The position numbers and the translations under genes are program-made. Below, in pieces: positions 20,170 through 29,200 of a stretch of DNA of 64,000 bases (the first letter of the stretch is position 1; the number at the start of each line of letters is the position of its first letter). The notes below the pieces were generated by a model. That model saw only the letters and a program-made list of their open reading frames with translations, had not been told where the DNA came from and made no database searches. Source of the DNA: a virus; the IMG/VR virus record IMGVR_UViG_3300045988_106180, positions 22,057 to 86,056 of that record; one strand, given 5' to 3'.

Positions 20170-20547
20170 ATGATAGTATATGATTTAAATTCAGGACACA
20201 GAGAATATCCTGGATATGACGAGATAGAAGACAGACGAGGTGGAGGCAGAGGCAGAAGCCGGCGTGCTGATGGAACGTACATGGAGTACGGACATGGGTT
20301 CCTTCCTCCTTATGATCATTACGGTATGCATGAGAAGATGAAGGAAATGGAAGAACGCGAAAACGAGCTGGAAGAAAGGGAAAGAAGGCTCGAAGAGCGC
20401 GAACGTCGTCATGAAATGGAGGACCGGGAATACCGGAGGATGGGTTACGAATCCTACCCGACCGATTACTATGGAGACGACAGATACTACGGTGACGGAC
20501 CTCAGATGCGTAGAGGTCGCGGACGTGGCAGAGGTCGTTCTTATTGA
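20170..20547 (+). CDS. low-complexity RGG/RE-repeat protein (125 aa)
   Basis: GGGRGRSRR near the N-terminus, an ERENELEERERRLEERERRHE acidic/basic repeat, and a C-terminal RRGRGRGRGRSY RGG box. Confidence 0.45.
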   Translation: MIVYDLNSGHREYPGYDEIEDRRGGGRGRSRRADGTYMEYGHGFLPPYDHYGMHEKMKEMEERENELEERERRLEERERRHEMEDREYRRMGYESYPTDYYGDDRYYGDGPQMRRGRGRGRGRSY

Positions 20548-20640
20548 GGAGCAGACGCAGAGGATCCAGCTTATCAGAAATATGTAGATACTTACGGCTA
20601 CCATTTTTCTAATGCTCTTGCTGATGAGGCGGTAAAGAAG

Positions 20641-20934
20641 ATGGTCAACGTCGATGGATCCAAGAGGATCTGGAAGCAGCCGGAAATAAAAGATATTTTT
20701 GAAAAGTGCGGAGCGAAGAAGCCGGATAAAGCGACATGGGGCGATGTCCAATATGTCTTTGCAATGTACTATTCGGATGGTTTTCCGAAGGTCTTCAAAT
20801 GTGAGAACGAGTTGGTGAAAGCTACGTTAATGTATTTGGATGATCCGGATGCTCCCGAAGGAGTAGCCTTTATAAGATGGCTTGCCGTGCAAGATTACCT
20901 CGGCGAAAAAATAAACTGGAAGGATCTGACCTGA
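20641..20934 (+). CDS. hypothetical protein (97 aa)
   Basis: ORF in the + strand block. Confidence 0.45.
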   Translation: MVNVDGSKRIWKQPEIKDIFEKCGAKKPDKATWGDVQYVFAMYYSDGFPKVFKCENELVKATLMYLDDPDAPEGVAFIRWLAVQDYLGEKINWKDLT

Positions 20935-20982
20935 GATCCAGGCCCAGGCCCTTCCGGTGGTGCGGGAGCCATAGTAAAAAAT

Positions 20983-21279
20983 ATGATTCCCGCATTCCCG
21001 TTTTTCCCGTTTGGAAAAAAAGGAATAAAAAAAATGTTATACCGGTCGGCGGGCAATAGAATACCCGTGGCCGGTTTGTTTCACATAACTTTTTTTTTGG
21101 ATATGAATATGGCACACGAATCTAAATCAAATAAAACCCCATTGTATTTAATAGGAGAGTTGATTGGCGTACCGAATACGGTTATGGACTCAGCATTGCA
21201 TGAACTGAAAGATAGAATAGACAAAGACCCTAAATATAAAGATGTTAAAAATTGGCTCGAATCTTTACCCAAGTTCTGA
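20983..21279 (+). CDS. possible small protein (more plausible start near 21109, MAHESKSNKTPLYLIGELIG...)
   Basis: The 5' part of the ORF overlaps the repeat and hairpin region, so only the 3' ~56 codons look genuine. Confidence 0.25.
   Translation: MIPAFPFFPFGKKGIKKMLYRSAGNRIPVAGLFHITFFLDMNMAHESKSNKTPLYLIGELIGVPNTVMDSALHELKDRIDKDPKYKDVKNWLESLPKF
20987..21009 (+). repeat. three closely spaced TTCCCG hexamers
   Basis: aTTCCCGcaTTCCCGtttTTCCCG, immediately after the GC-rich tract 20935-20975. Confidence 0.3.
21041..21080 (+). terminator. GC-rich imperfect hairpin plus TTTGTTT; possible terminator
   Basis: ACCGGTCGGCGGG ... CCCGTGGCCGGT followed by TTTGTTT. Confidence 0.35.
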
Positions 21280-21302
21280 ACCTATTTTTTTTCAATACCA
21301 GG

Positions 21303-21337
21303 CCCGATGCGATTTTAACGTATCGGGTTTTTATTTT
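21303..21337 (+). terminator. rho-independent terminator
   Basis: CCCGATGCG-ATTTTAA-CGTATCGGG 9-bp stem (one G-U pair) followed by TTTTTATTTT. Confidence 0.55.
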
Positions 21338-21407
21338 AATTCATATTGTTTTATTTTAAATCTAATTAATTAATGAATGTCGTACATTTGTTGAAAAACT
21401 ATTCTAT

Positions 21408-21635
21408 ATGGAAAATAAGGAAGATTACGTTGGTTACGAAGATCAAGAACTGTGTAACCAGTATTACAAAGAGGCTGAAGCCATGAGGCAAAAGCAGGAC
21501 TGGTCTCGGCTTAGGGCTGTCCCCGCTCCGGCTAAGGGAACGCCATCGCCCGGCTGGGGTCAGCTTGGACGTGGAAATGATGTCCGTGTTAAGTACGTTA
21601 GCATCAATTCAGGATTGGGAGGAGATAGATTATGA
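21408..21635 (+). CDS. hypothetical protein (75 aa)
   Basis: ORF. Its stop overlaps the next start. Confidence 0.35.
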   Translation: MENKEDYVGYEDQELCNQYYKEAEAMRQKQDWSRLRAVPAPAKGTPSPGWGQLGRGNDVRVKYVSINSGLGGDRL

Positions 21636-21847
21636 CCGTAGAAGAATTAGCTAATAAAAGATACAGTGGCGAATTTGTTTTCATGCTTGGTCATTTGGAA
21701 GGTGTAACAAGATTCGTTTTTGAATGTTTCGATCCCAGACCTGATCACGAAGGTAAAAATACTTATATGGTTTCTTATTTTGATGAGGGACTTCGTAGAA
21801 GAGATGTGGTAGATGTGCCATGTTATATGAATGTTTTAGCAAAATAA
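21632..21847 (+). CDS. hypothetical protein (71 aa)
   Basis: ORF coupled to the previous one. Confidence 0.4.
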   Translation: MTVEELANKRYSGEFVFMLGHLEGVTRFVFECFDPRPDHEGKNTYMVSYFDEGLRRRDVVDVPCYMNVLAK

Positions 21848-21867
21848 ATTAAAATATTGTAAATATC

Positions 21868-22143
21868 GTGGTTAGAATCGCATATTTCGGAACCGATGGC
21901 TGCCCTGGTCATTACGTTATTCCAATACGAGGTAAATTCACAGAAGAGGATGTTAAGGTGATAGAATCTGTAGATTGTGATGATTTCTATAAGGTGTTTG
22001 ATGTCATGCGTTTTAAGATAGCTGAGTTTAAAGGATGGACGATATTAGGAATCCCGGCAAGCTTAGACGATCATAGGCCTGGAAGCAAAACCGTTATCTT
22101 CATAGAAGGTAAAGCTAACGAAGCTGATTTTATGATTATTTAA
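21868..22143 (+). CDS. hypothetical protein (91 aa)
   Basis: ORF. Confidence 0.4.
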   Translation: MVRIAYFGTDGCPGHYVIPIRGKFTEEDVKVIESVDCDDFYKVFDVMRFKIAEFKGWTILGIPASLDDHRPGSKTVIFIEGKANEADFMII

Positions 22144-22183
22144 TCAGCAAAACCACCATACTTTAGTAGGTGGATGAATTGGT

Positions 22184-23359
22184 TTGATTAATTTTGAATC
22201 AAAATTACAGATAAAAAAAATGATTTCATACAAATACAACATATACCATTCAAAGAAAACAAAGTATCTGGAAAGGATGCTTCGTGAATGTTGTTTTGTA
22301 TGGAATCATGCGTTAGCTCTACAACGTAGATACTACAAACTATTTGGGAAATATATATCGGTTGGTAAAATGAAGAAACATTTTACCAAAAGAATTAAAA
22401 GAAATCTTCTTCATTCCCAAACAACACAAGAAATACTTGAACGTCTTGATGAATCTTATAATCGTTTCTTTAAAAGAAAATCGAAGAGACCACCTAAGTT
22501 TAAATCACCGGAGAAATTCAATTCTTTTGTATTCAAACAAGGAGGTTTTACCCTAAATGGTAATATTCTCACAATTAACAAAGGAAAGAAACGATTTAGA
22601 TTCTCATACAGTAGAGTCTACGAAGGTAATGTTAAACAAATTAGAATAGTTAGAGAAACATGCCATCGATATAGTCTGATAATTATTACAGATCATAATC
22701 CTATAAACTCTTATAGAAAGACACATGATGGTGCATCTATAGGATTGGATTTTGGGCTGAAAACTTATTTAACTAAAAGTGATGGTAGCAAAATTGGGTC
22801 TCCATTATTCTTCAAACAATATCAAAACAAGATTAGAAAACTAAACAAACGGTTTTCTAATACAAAGAAAGGATCCAACAATAGAAGAAGGAGACTGTTT
22901 GAACTACAACAAGCGTATCGTAAAATAAACAATCTTCGATCAGATTTTCAATGGGGATTAGCACACCAGTTATGCAAACAATATGATTATATTTTTATTG
23001 AAGATCTAAACATTGAAGGAATGAAACGTTTGTGGGGAAAGAAAGTTTCCGATCTTAGTCATTCTTCTTTTATTGATAAACTTACGTATGTTGCCTCAAA
23101 GTATGGAGTAACGATACACAAGATTGACAAATGGTATCCTTCTTCCAAAACTTGTGAATGTGGCTGCATTAATAAAGGTCTGTCGTTACGCGACCGCACG
23201 TGGGTATGCCCGGCGTGCGGAGCGGTTAACGACCGTGATGTTCTTGCAGCCCGTAATATACTTCGGAAGGGCATTTCCGAATTGGAGAGCAAGAGTAATT
23301 CCAGCGATAGTAATATCGGGGTTTCTTGCGTTTGTATCCAAGAATCCCATTTGCTTTAG
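22184..23359 (+). CDS. tnpB: TnpB, IS200/IS605-family RuvC-like RNA-guided nuclease (solo, IS1341-type; probable true start ATG at 22220)
   Basis: N-terminal YKYNIYHSKK...LRECCFVWNHALA. RuvC-I IGLDFGLKTYLT (D), RuvC-II IFIEDLNIEGM (E). Zinc finger SKTCECGC...WVCPACG. RuvC-III NDRDVLAARNI (D). The ORF-track start is a TTG; the ATG 36 nt downstream fits the family N-terminus. Confidence 0.85.
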   Translation: MINFESKLQIKKMISYKYNIYHSKKTKYLERMLRECCFVWNHALALQRRYYKLFGKYISVGKMKKHFTKRIKRNLLHSQTTQEILERLDESYNRFFKRKSKRPPKFKSPEKFNSFVFKQGGFTLNGNILTINKGKKRFRFSYSRVYEGNVKQIRIVRETCHRYSLIIITDHNPINSYRKTHDGASIGLDFGLKTYLTKSDGSKIGSPLFFKQYQNKIRKLNKRFSNTKKGSNNRRRRLFELQQAYRKINNLRSDFQWGLAHQLCKQYDYIFIEDLNIEGMKRLWGKKVSDLSHSSFIDKLTYVASKYGVTIHKIDKWYPSSKTCECGCINKGLSLRDRTWVCPACGAVNDRDVLAARNILRKGISELESKSNSSDSNIGVSCVCIQESHLL

Positions 23360-23579
23360 CGATGGGAGTATGTCAATCTGATGTGGCGAATGAAATGGAG
23401 AAAATCGGATTGGGATCATCATCTGATTCTTCATATGAGGGTCCCACATGGTCTTGGTTTGTTAACAAAGTAGAACTTTGGCAGAAGAATAATGTATGGG
23501 ATAGTTTCTCCGCTGAGTTTTTGTGGGGTTTGTATTGTAGGATAAAGAAAGTATAGTAACAATTAATTTAAAACAAATC
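23360..23579 (+). ncRNA. candidate omega-RNA / right-end region of the TnpB-2 element
   Basis: A 220-nt gap downstream of tnpB with no convincing ORF; the track ORF 23326..23556 overlaps the tnpB stop. In TnpB systems the guide RNA scaffold overlaps the tnpB 3' end and right end. Confidence 0.3.
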
Positions 23580-24443
23580 ATGGAATTAAAAGATTTTAAA
23601 GATGTGGTTAGAGTAATGACAAAAGAAGAGTTCGAATCAACAATCGAAGAAGATATTAAATTCGTTGAGGGATTCAAGAATTTCTTAAAACATGATGATG
23701 CCACGAGGATAGTAGAGCATATCAAGTCTGTGTTAGAAGCATCAGTAGATTACTACTATCCTAATCATCCTGAAGTAGAATTTGAAAAAGATTTTAATAT
23801 ACAATACGATGTCAATAATATCTTGAACAAATACGGCCACACCGAAATGGGTATGTATAAAATACAGCTCTATATAGAGAATATTTTGGGTAGTATTCAA
23901 AACAAGAAGCCTGTAGACGTGGGAGAAGTCTCTGACGGATACCACACTTTCAATGAATTGTATCGGTATCGCATGTTGTATAACGCTGCCTTCTTTAATC
24001 TATTAGCCAGAAGCGGACAGGTTGAAGTTTGCAAATCAAGGAGACACAGCGACGGAGAAAAATGCTTCGGTTCTGATGATTGGTTTATTGTGATGGCGAT
24101 CCTGCCTACCGGTCAGGTATCTAATCACTATGAAAGCAAATACTGGGATTTGTTTGATGTTCCTGAAAGAGAAACCGCTTTCGAATACGATGGCCATACA
24201 CCAAATGAAGCTGCCGACAGACTTAAAAAGTATCTCAAACTGCCTCGTCGTGGCATGACATTCGAACAGGCTTTAGAACGGCTTAAATTAGGTCGTAAGA
24301 TAAAAAGAATCGATTGGGGTAAAAAGTATATCTGTATGTTTGACGTAAATATATTGATGGTAGATACAGGTCAAAAAGTAGCATCAAATTGGAATCCAAC
24401 CGAACATGATATTATGTCTAATGACTGGGAGATTGCGGGATGA
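23580..24443 (+). CDS. two-domain protein; C-terminal DUF2829 (Tad2-like) domain
   Basis: C-terminal ~65 aa (GMTFEQALERLKLGRKIKRIDWGKKYICMF...SNDWEIAG) matches the DUF2829 hallmark F.eAlealK.Gk.v.R..W....DW.i as I remember it. The N-terminal ~220 aa are unrecognised. Confidence 0.6.
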   Translation: MELKDFKDVVRVMTKEEFESTIEEDIKFVEGFKNFLKHDDATRIVEHIKSVLEASVDYYYPNHPEVEFEKDFNIQYDVNNILNKYGHTEMGMYKIQLYIENILGSIQNKKPVDVGEVSDGYHTFNELYRYRMLYNAAFFNLLARSGQVEVCKSRRHSDGEKCFGSDDWFIVMAILPTGQVSNHYESKYWDLFDVPERETAFEYDGHTPNEAADRLKKYLKLPRRGMTFEQALERLKLGRKIKRIDWGKKYICMFDVNILMVDTGQKVASNWNPTEHDIMSNDWEIAG

Positions 24444-24715
24444 GTTTGTTTGTATGTTCAAAATGTGGCTGTATAGATAATACAGCCACGTCCTGTTACT
24501 GGGCTCTTGTGAGACCTTGTAAGAATCGTGTCTATGATGAGTCGCTAAAGGGATATGAAGGCAAGCCTCTTTGTTCTGAATGTGCCGCTATTGAATATAG
24601 TAAGGGCGACGAATTGGTGGTAGTTCCTGGAACGTGGCATGGTAATTTCAAGAAGGAATGGCCTACTGAAGAAGAAAAGAAGCATATTGGTAAAAATGGT
24701 ATTTTAAATTATTGA
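24440..24715 (+). CDS. Cys-rich zinc-ribbon-like small protein (91 aa)
   Basis: CSKCGC...C...C...CSEC motifs. Start overlaps the previous stop. Confidence 0.45.
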   Translation: MSLFVCSKCGCIDNTATSCYWALVRPCKNRVYDESLKGYEGKPLCSECAAIEYSKGDELVVVPGTWHGNFKKEWPTEEEKKHIGKNGILNY

Positions 24716-24718
24716 TTT

Positions 24719-25024
24719 ATGTGTGATAAGGAAATTGTTATATGCGCAGCTATCTGGGTTCAAGATTACAAGAACAAGCCTCACGGTCCAGTAAATATAC
24801 CATCCGGAACCGTATTTTGTGGATTGAGACACTGTTCCATAATATCGCAACTTGCTGCATACGGCATAGCCCATAAAAACCGTAGTATTCAAGGATTTTT
24901 GACAAGCAAGAACCGGTTTCTAACAAGAGAGGAAGCGTCTGAACTTGTTAAGAGCAATAATCAGGAAATGGTAGTAGATAGGAGTGCCATTAGAGAACAA
25001 TTGTATTCAGAAGATCTATATTAA
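24719..25024 (+). CDS. hypothetical protein (101 aa)
   Basis: ORF. Confidence 0.45.
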   Translation: MCDKEIVICAAIWVQDYKNKPHGPVNIPSGTVFCGLRHCSIISQLAAYGIAHKNRSIQGFLTSKNRFLTREEASELVKSNNQEMVVDRSAIREQLYSEDLY

Positions 25025-25041
25025 CTAAAAAACAAAACAAC

Positions 25042-25395
25042 ATGGGATTTAAAATCAGAAAGTCAGTCTTTTATGATATGATGAACGGCAATCAGTTAGA
25101 GTATGAATTTGACAATATCAAGGATTTAAATCATATCACATTTAGAGGTAATGGCAAAGAACCTTTTTCATTTAACAGAGTCCTTGTTGAAAATTTAATT
25201 AAGACATTTGAAACTATGCAGAATATATACTCCAATAATTACAGGCTTAAGGTTTATACTGATAATTGCATAATTCAATTGAATGTAGATTCAAAGGACC
25301 CAAGTGAATCCTTTTTTGACGTATATGATAGAGATGAAATGAAATTAATATATGGAATAAAGACCAGTATCCTGAAAGGAATATTTTGCATATGA
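25042..25395 (+). CDS. hypothetical protein (117 aa)
   Basis: ORF. Confidence 0.45.
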   Translation: MGFKIRKSVFYDMMNGNQLEYEFDNIKDLNHITFRGNGKEPFSFNRVLVENLIKTFETMQNIYSNNYRLKVYTDNCIIQLNVDSKDPSESFFDVYDRDEMKLIYGIKTSILKGIFCI

Positions 25396-25712
25396 TTACC
25401 AAGCAGGACATACAAGCAGCAGCATCGTATATTTTCCAAGGTAGTTTTGTCTCAGAAGACCAGGCAAGGAAAGTAATGGTAAGAGCCGGCAATAACGCTA
25501 CCAAGAACCTTGTCAAGACCTTCAGAGGAAAGTTGTTCAAGAAGGCTTTTGGAAGAGCCCGTAGAGGAAAGGATATCAGTTCTTTTGAAAGACAGGAAAA
25601 AGAAAGTGGTTTTAATTTCCTTTACAATCTTAATAATGGTCGTATGCAAAGTGGTCATATTATAATAGACGGAATTGGTCTGTTTAAACAAATAATGAAG
25701 TCGGGTACGTAA
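25386..25712 (+). CDS. hypothetical basic protein (108 aa)
   Basis: ORF with a K/R-rich product. Confidence 0.45.
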   Translation: MHMITKQDIQAAASYIFQGSFVSEDQARKVMVRAGNNATKNLVKTFRGKLFKKAFGRARRGKDISSFERQEKESGFNFLYNLNNGRMQSGHIIIDGIGLFKQIMKSGT

Positions 25713-25730
25713 GTTATCCGACTTTTTTAT
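25698..25730 (+). terminator. hairpin plus T-tract overlapping the stop of gene 25386..25712
   Basis: AAGTCGG / CCGACTT 7-bp stem with a 13-nt loop, followed by TTTTTTAT. Confidence 0.4.
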
Positions 25731-25737
25731 ATATTTG
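25730..25737 (+). promoter_or_regulatory. Bacteroidetes-type -7 box (TATATTTG) 5 nt upstream of ATG 25742; possible leaderless transcript
   Basis: Matches the TAnnTTTG sigma-A -7 consensus of Bacteroidetes (established knowledge). Read by eye only. Confidence 0.25.
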
Positions 25738-25741
25738 CGCT

Positions 25742-26065
25742 ATGGCAAAAGGTTATTATTGGATACCACAAACAGATGAAACGTTAAATGGCAGAAGCTA
25801 TTACGTGGCTAAGATAGTAGGGGATATCACGTTTGATACTAAACGAAAAAGAATCGCATTTCAAGCTGATAGGTATTTCCCTGTAGGATCTGTTTTCCAT
25901 TTTACGCACAATTGCTTTAACTATATCATAACCTGCCGGCTCCGTAAGCCTGGGCTGTGGTATGAGGCAAGGAGGGAAGACTGCGGACTTATTGGACCGG
26001 ATGATGTGGAAAGGTTCGAATCAGGAAGGTTTATTCATAGAAATGGGTACAAATACAATGCATAA
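25742..26065 (+). CDS. hypothetical protein (107 aa)
   Basis: ORF. Confidence 0.45.
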   Translation: MAKGYYWIPQTDETLNGRSYYVAKIVGDITFDTKRKRIAFQADRYFPVGSVFHFTHNCFNYIITCRLRKPGLWYEARREDCGLIGPDDVERFESGRFIHRNGYKYNA

Positions 26066-26072
26066 GCGTAAC

Positions 26073-26107
26073 TTGACGATTTGCGTCAGATTATAATTTT
26101 TTTTTCA
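26073..26107 (+). terminator. weak hairpin plus strong T-tract
   Basis: TGACG-ATTTG-CGTCA followed by a run of 9 T. Confidence 0.4.
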
Positions 26108-26117
26108 TATTATTTTT

Positions 26118-26157
26118 AAGCCATCAGACTGAGAAGTTAGATGGCTTAATTTTTTAT
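26118..26157 (+). terminator. rho-independent terminator
   Basis: AAGCCATC / GATGGCTT perfect 8-bp stem with a 14-nt loop, followed by AATTTTTTAT. Confidence 0.45.
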
Positions 26158-26176
26158 GATATGCTTGATTTTTAGC

Positions 26177-26184
26177 TACCTTTG
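26177..26184 (+). promoter_or_regulatory. Bacteroidetes-type -7 box TACCTTTG upstream of the 2148-aa gene
   Basis: Matches TAnnTTTG, about 23 nt upstream of ATG 26208. Confidence 0.3.
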
Positions 26185-26207
26185 TCTCATAACAAAAATG
26201 TTTTATC

Positions 26208-29200
26208 ATGGTATCAACGTGTATTATTAAAAGAGATAATAAAAAGAAAGTTGTTTCTGTCTCTACCAGATCAGGGGACAGGTCTATGTTATTCGATAAG
26301 ATAGCATCTATTCCTCTTATGGAAAATAGGGAACGGGCTACTACTGTTTTTAAAACCGTATTTTCTAATAAGTTCTTAAAGGCTTTTGGTGACTGGAGAA
26401 GGAATGTGCCTATCAACAAACAGGCTTACAATAAGGTAAAATTCAATATCGACCTTATTCCAGAGACCTATAGAGAAAGGGTGCTGGATAAGGCTTCTAA
26501 GATGAGCAACCCTATTCTTGTGTCGAAATCAGATGCACCTTATGAAATCCGAGAATCGGGCTTTGGATTTTACAGCCAAGATCTGGGTGATAATATTATG
26601 TTGGTAGATGCTATGGTCCCGTCAAGTATTTCCGTACCGGAAGGACCGGGAATAGACGCAGGGCAGTATCTACAAGATGCTATATCTTCGGACTTCACTC
26701 CCGTATCTATGGTACAGGATAAGGGTGTTAATTATATGGTTATAAAAGACGGTCTTAAGATATTTAGCCCAGAAGAGCTACCACAGACAGATTCTAATCC
26801 TGTGGGTGTAACGTATCAGACCGGAGAGCCTCGTTTGTTTTTCATGAACGATCGTAGTCAATTATTTGAAGATTACGGAGAAGCTCTTCGCTCTGGCGGG
26901 AATGATATTAGAATAGGATTCTTATCAGGAACCGTTCAAGAATCTACCGTGGATGGCGTGGCAGACATTACTTACAAGGCTGGAAAGTATGTTCTTAATA
27001 ATCCCAAGTCTTTCATACCGGTCATGACCGCTTCTGCTTCTACTTCTTTATCAACGAAAGGTGGTATAATTAACTACCTTATAAAGAAAGGTCTTGTTTC
27101 AGGATCTAAGATATTCGATCCTGAAACAAGAAGCTATTATCTTACAGGAGAAGGTCATACAGGACAAATTAGACTTTTCAATTCAGCCTTATCATACACC
27201 GAGCTCCGTAATCATTTTGGTTCCGATGTTTCCATGAACGACCAAGGTATGATAACCATAAGCTCGTTGGATAATAGTAAGATAACTATGAGACTCGCCA
27301 CCGGAGGAACGGAAAGGATTAGTAGGGAACAGATAAAGAACGATCTTAAGTCAGGAAGATACAATGAATTGGACGCCAAGTACGATCATTTTGATGCGCT
27401 TGTAGTTTCATTCATATTAGAAGACAACGATCTTTATGCTGATACTAAAGCTAAGATCGTATCAGATTATAGCAGGCAGGAACGTGACCAACGAAATTCT
27501 ATTGTCGAGATACTGAAAACTCTTGGCGTTAGTGTCATAGGTATGACCGACTATATAGAGAAGTACCAAACCAAATACGGGCACGAGCCTTCTGCTAAGG
27601 CATTGGCGGATATTGCCAATAACGTAATAGCAGTCGGTGAAGATGCTACTTTATCTGATTTAGTAGAAGAAACAGCCCACTTCCTTGTAGAGGCGTACAG
27701 AGATCAGAATGCTGTTGAGGCTGTTCTGCAAGATGTAGAAGGTACGGAAGAGTGGAACCAATATGCAGGTCAGTATTATAATACATACGGTAAGGTATAT
27801 GAAGGAGCTGAGCTTGATAATGCTGTTAGGAGAGAAATTCTTGGAAAGATCCTCGCCAGGGAGATACAGACCGGCACAGCACAGGCTCCGGTAGAGCCTA
27901 CCTCCTTCCTGGGGCGCGTCCGGCAGCTTCTCTCTGGAATTGTAAACTGGCTTAAATCAGCTTTATCAACCCAAAGACAGGATTTGAATAACGTTATTAA
28001 AAATATTCGTGATCTTGCCATTACTGACATAGATAAAGGATTTGACACTTCTCTGTTAAAGGATAATGACTTTACATTATACTCCCTTTCTTCTATGAAC
28101 AAGAACAAGTTTCTTGAGTCTAAGATCAGATCGCTAAGAAAAACATTAAGAGACTTACGTCAGATAAGCTCTGATAGGGCTGTAACTACGTCTATGACCC
28201 TTGCTCAGCTTAAGACCATAGAAGATAAGATAAATAAAGTAGAGACCGAGATAGACAAGAATGAGATGGCGGCTGCCATGAACAGCATGATCTCCACAGC
28301 CGAAGCTCAGGTCAGATACTTAAGCAATGTGGTGAACACCATCCTTCATGGTGATACCAAAGACGGTAAGCTTCACTTCAATACCAATGATCGAAAGAAC
28401 GTAGATATTATCAACAATCAGGTTCTTCCGATCATGAACGATCTTCGAGGATATATCCGTAACAGAAGTACCGAATTTGATGAGCGTGAAAAGCAGGATT
28501 ATACAAATAGGATCAATACCGTCATTGCCGACATCAACGGTATTCAGTCTGATATTAAATCAGTACAAGATCTTGATGAAAGTACGTTGCTTGACAAGTT
28601 AATGAACGAACTTCATGTGCCGGCAGATAAGGTAAAGAGAGTAAAAGAGTTCTTTGATAAGGTTCAACACGATGTTTCTTGGATAAGTAGGTGGTTCGGT
28701 ATATTAGAGCATTCTTCCAGCCCGTTCAATAACGCTCTTGGAGCTATGATTGCCAAAGACAATTACAATGCGATGGTGAATGCCCAGCCCGCCATATCCG
28801 ATTTCCTGGCATATGCGAAAAAGCATGGTTTTAACAAATCTGAATTTGAAAAACTGCTTCAGAAAGTAGACGGCAAAACTTCTAATTACCTTCGTAGTGC
28901 CCTTGATATGGCTAAATACGATCGTAATAAGAAGCTGGCGCAGATGCGAGCGTTTGCGACCGCCATGAACATAGAGATATCAGAAGAAGAAATCAATGAT
29001 GTGGTTGACAATAACCGTAATTACGTATTTAAAAGAGAAGTAGTTGACAAGGACGGAAATACGGTTACTGAGAACGCTAAATTTAAACCGTCGTCCGATA
29101 GGGTTAATACCGATATTTTTACTATCGAACAGGAAAAAATCTATACGGAACAGATGGAAAAATGGGATGCTGAAAATTCGGAACTGGAATTTAGCGAAAG

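Noticed and set aside
20191-20751. 186-aa - strand ORF opposite the RGG-protein gene
   Set aside because: Antisense to two consecutive + genes and spans their intergenic gap. The low-complexity repeat DNA keeps the reverse frame open artificially.
23326-23556. 76-aa + ORF overlapping the 3' end of tnpB-2
   Set aside because: Overlaps the tnpB stop in another frame and covers the expected omega-RNA/right-end region. No family resemblance. More likely non-coding.
13738-23580. Searched for a HUH/Y1 TnpA partner for either tnpB, and for inverted terminal repeats
   Set aside because: No ~130-150-aa HUH transposase ORF on either strand near either tnpB. IS200/605 elements lack terminal inverted repeats anyway. 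Concluded both are solo tnpB (IS1341-type) elements.
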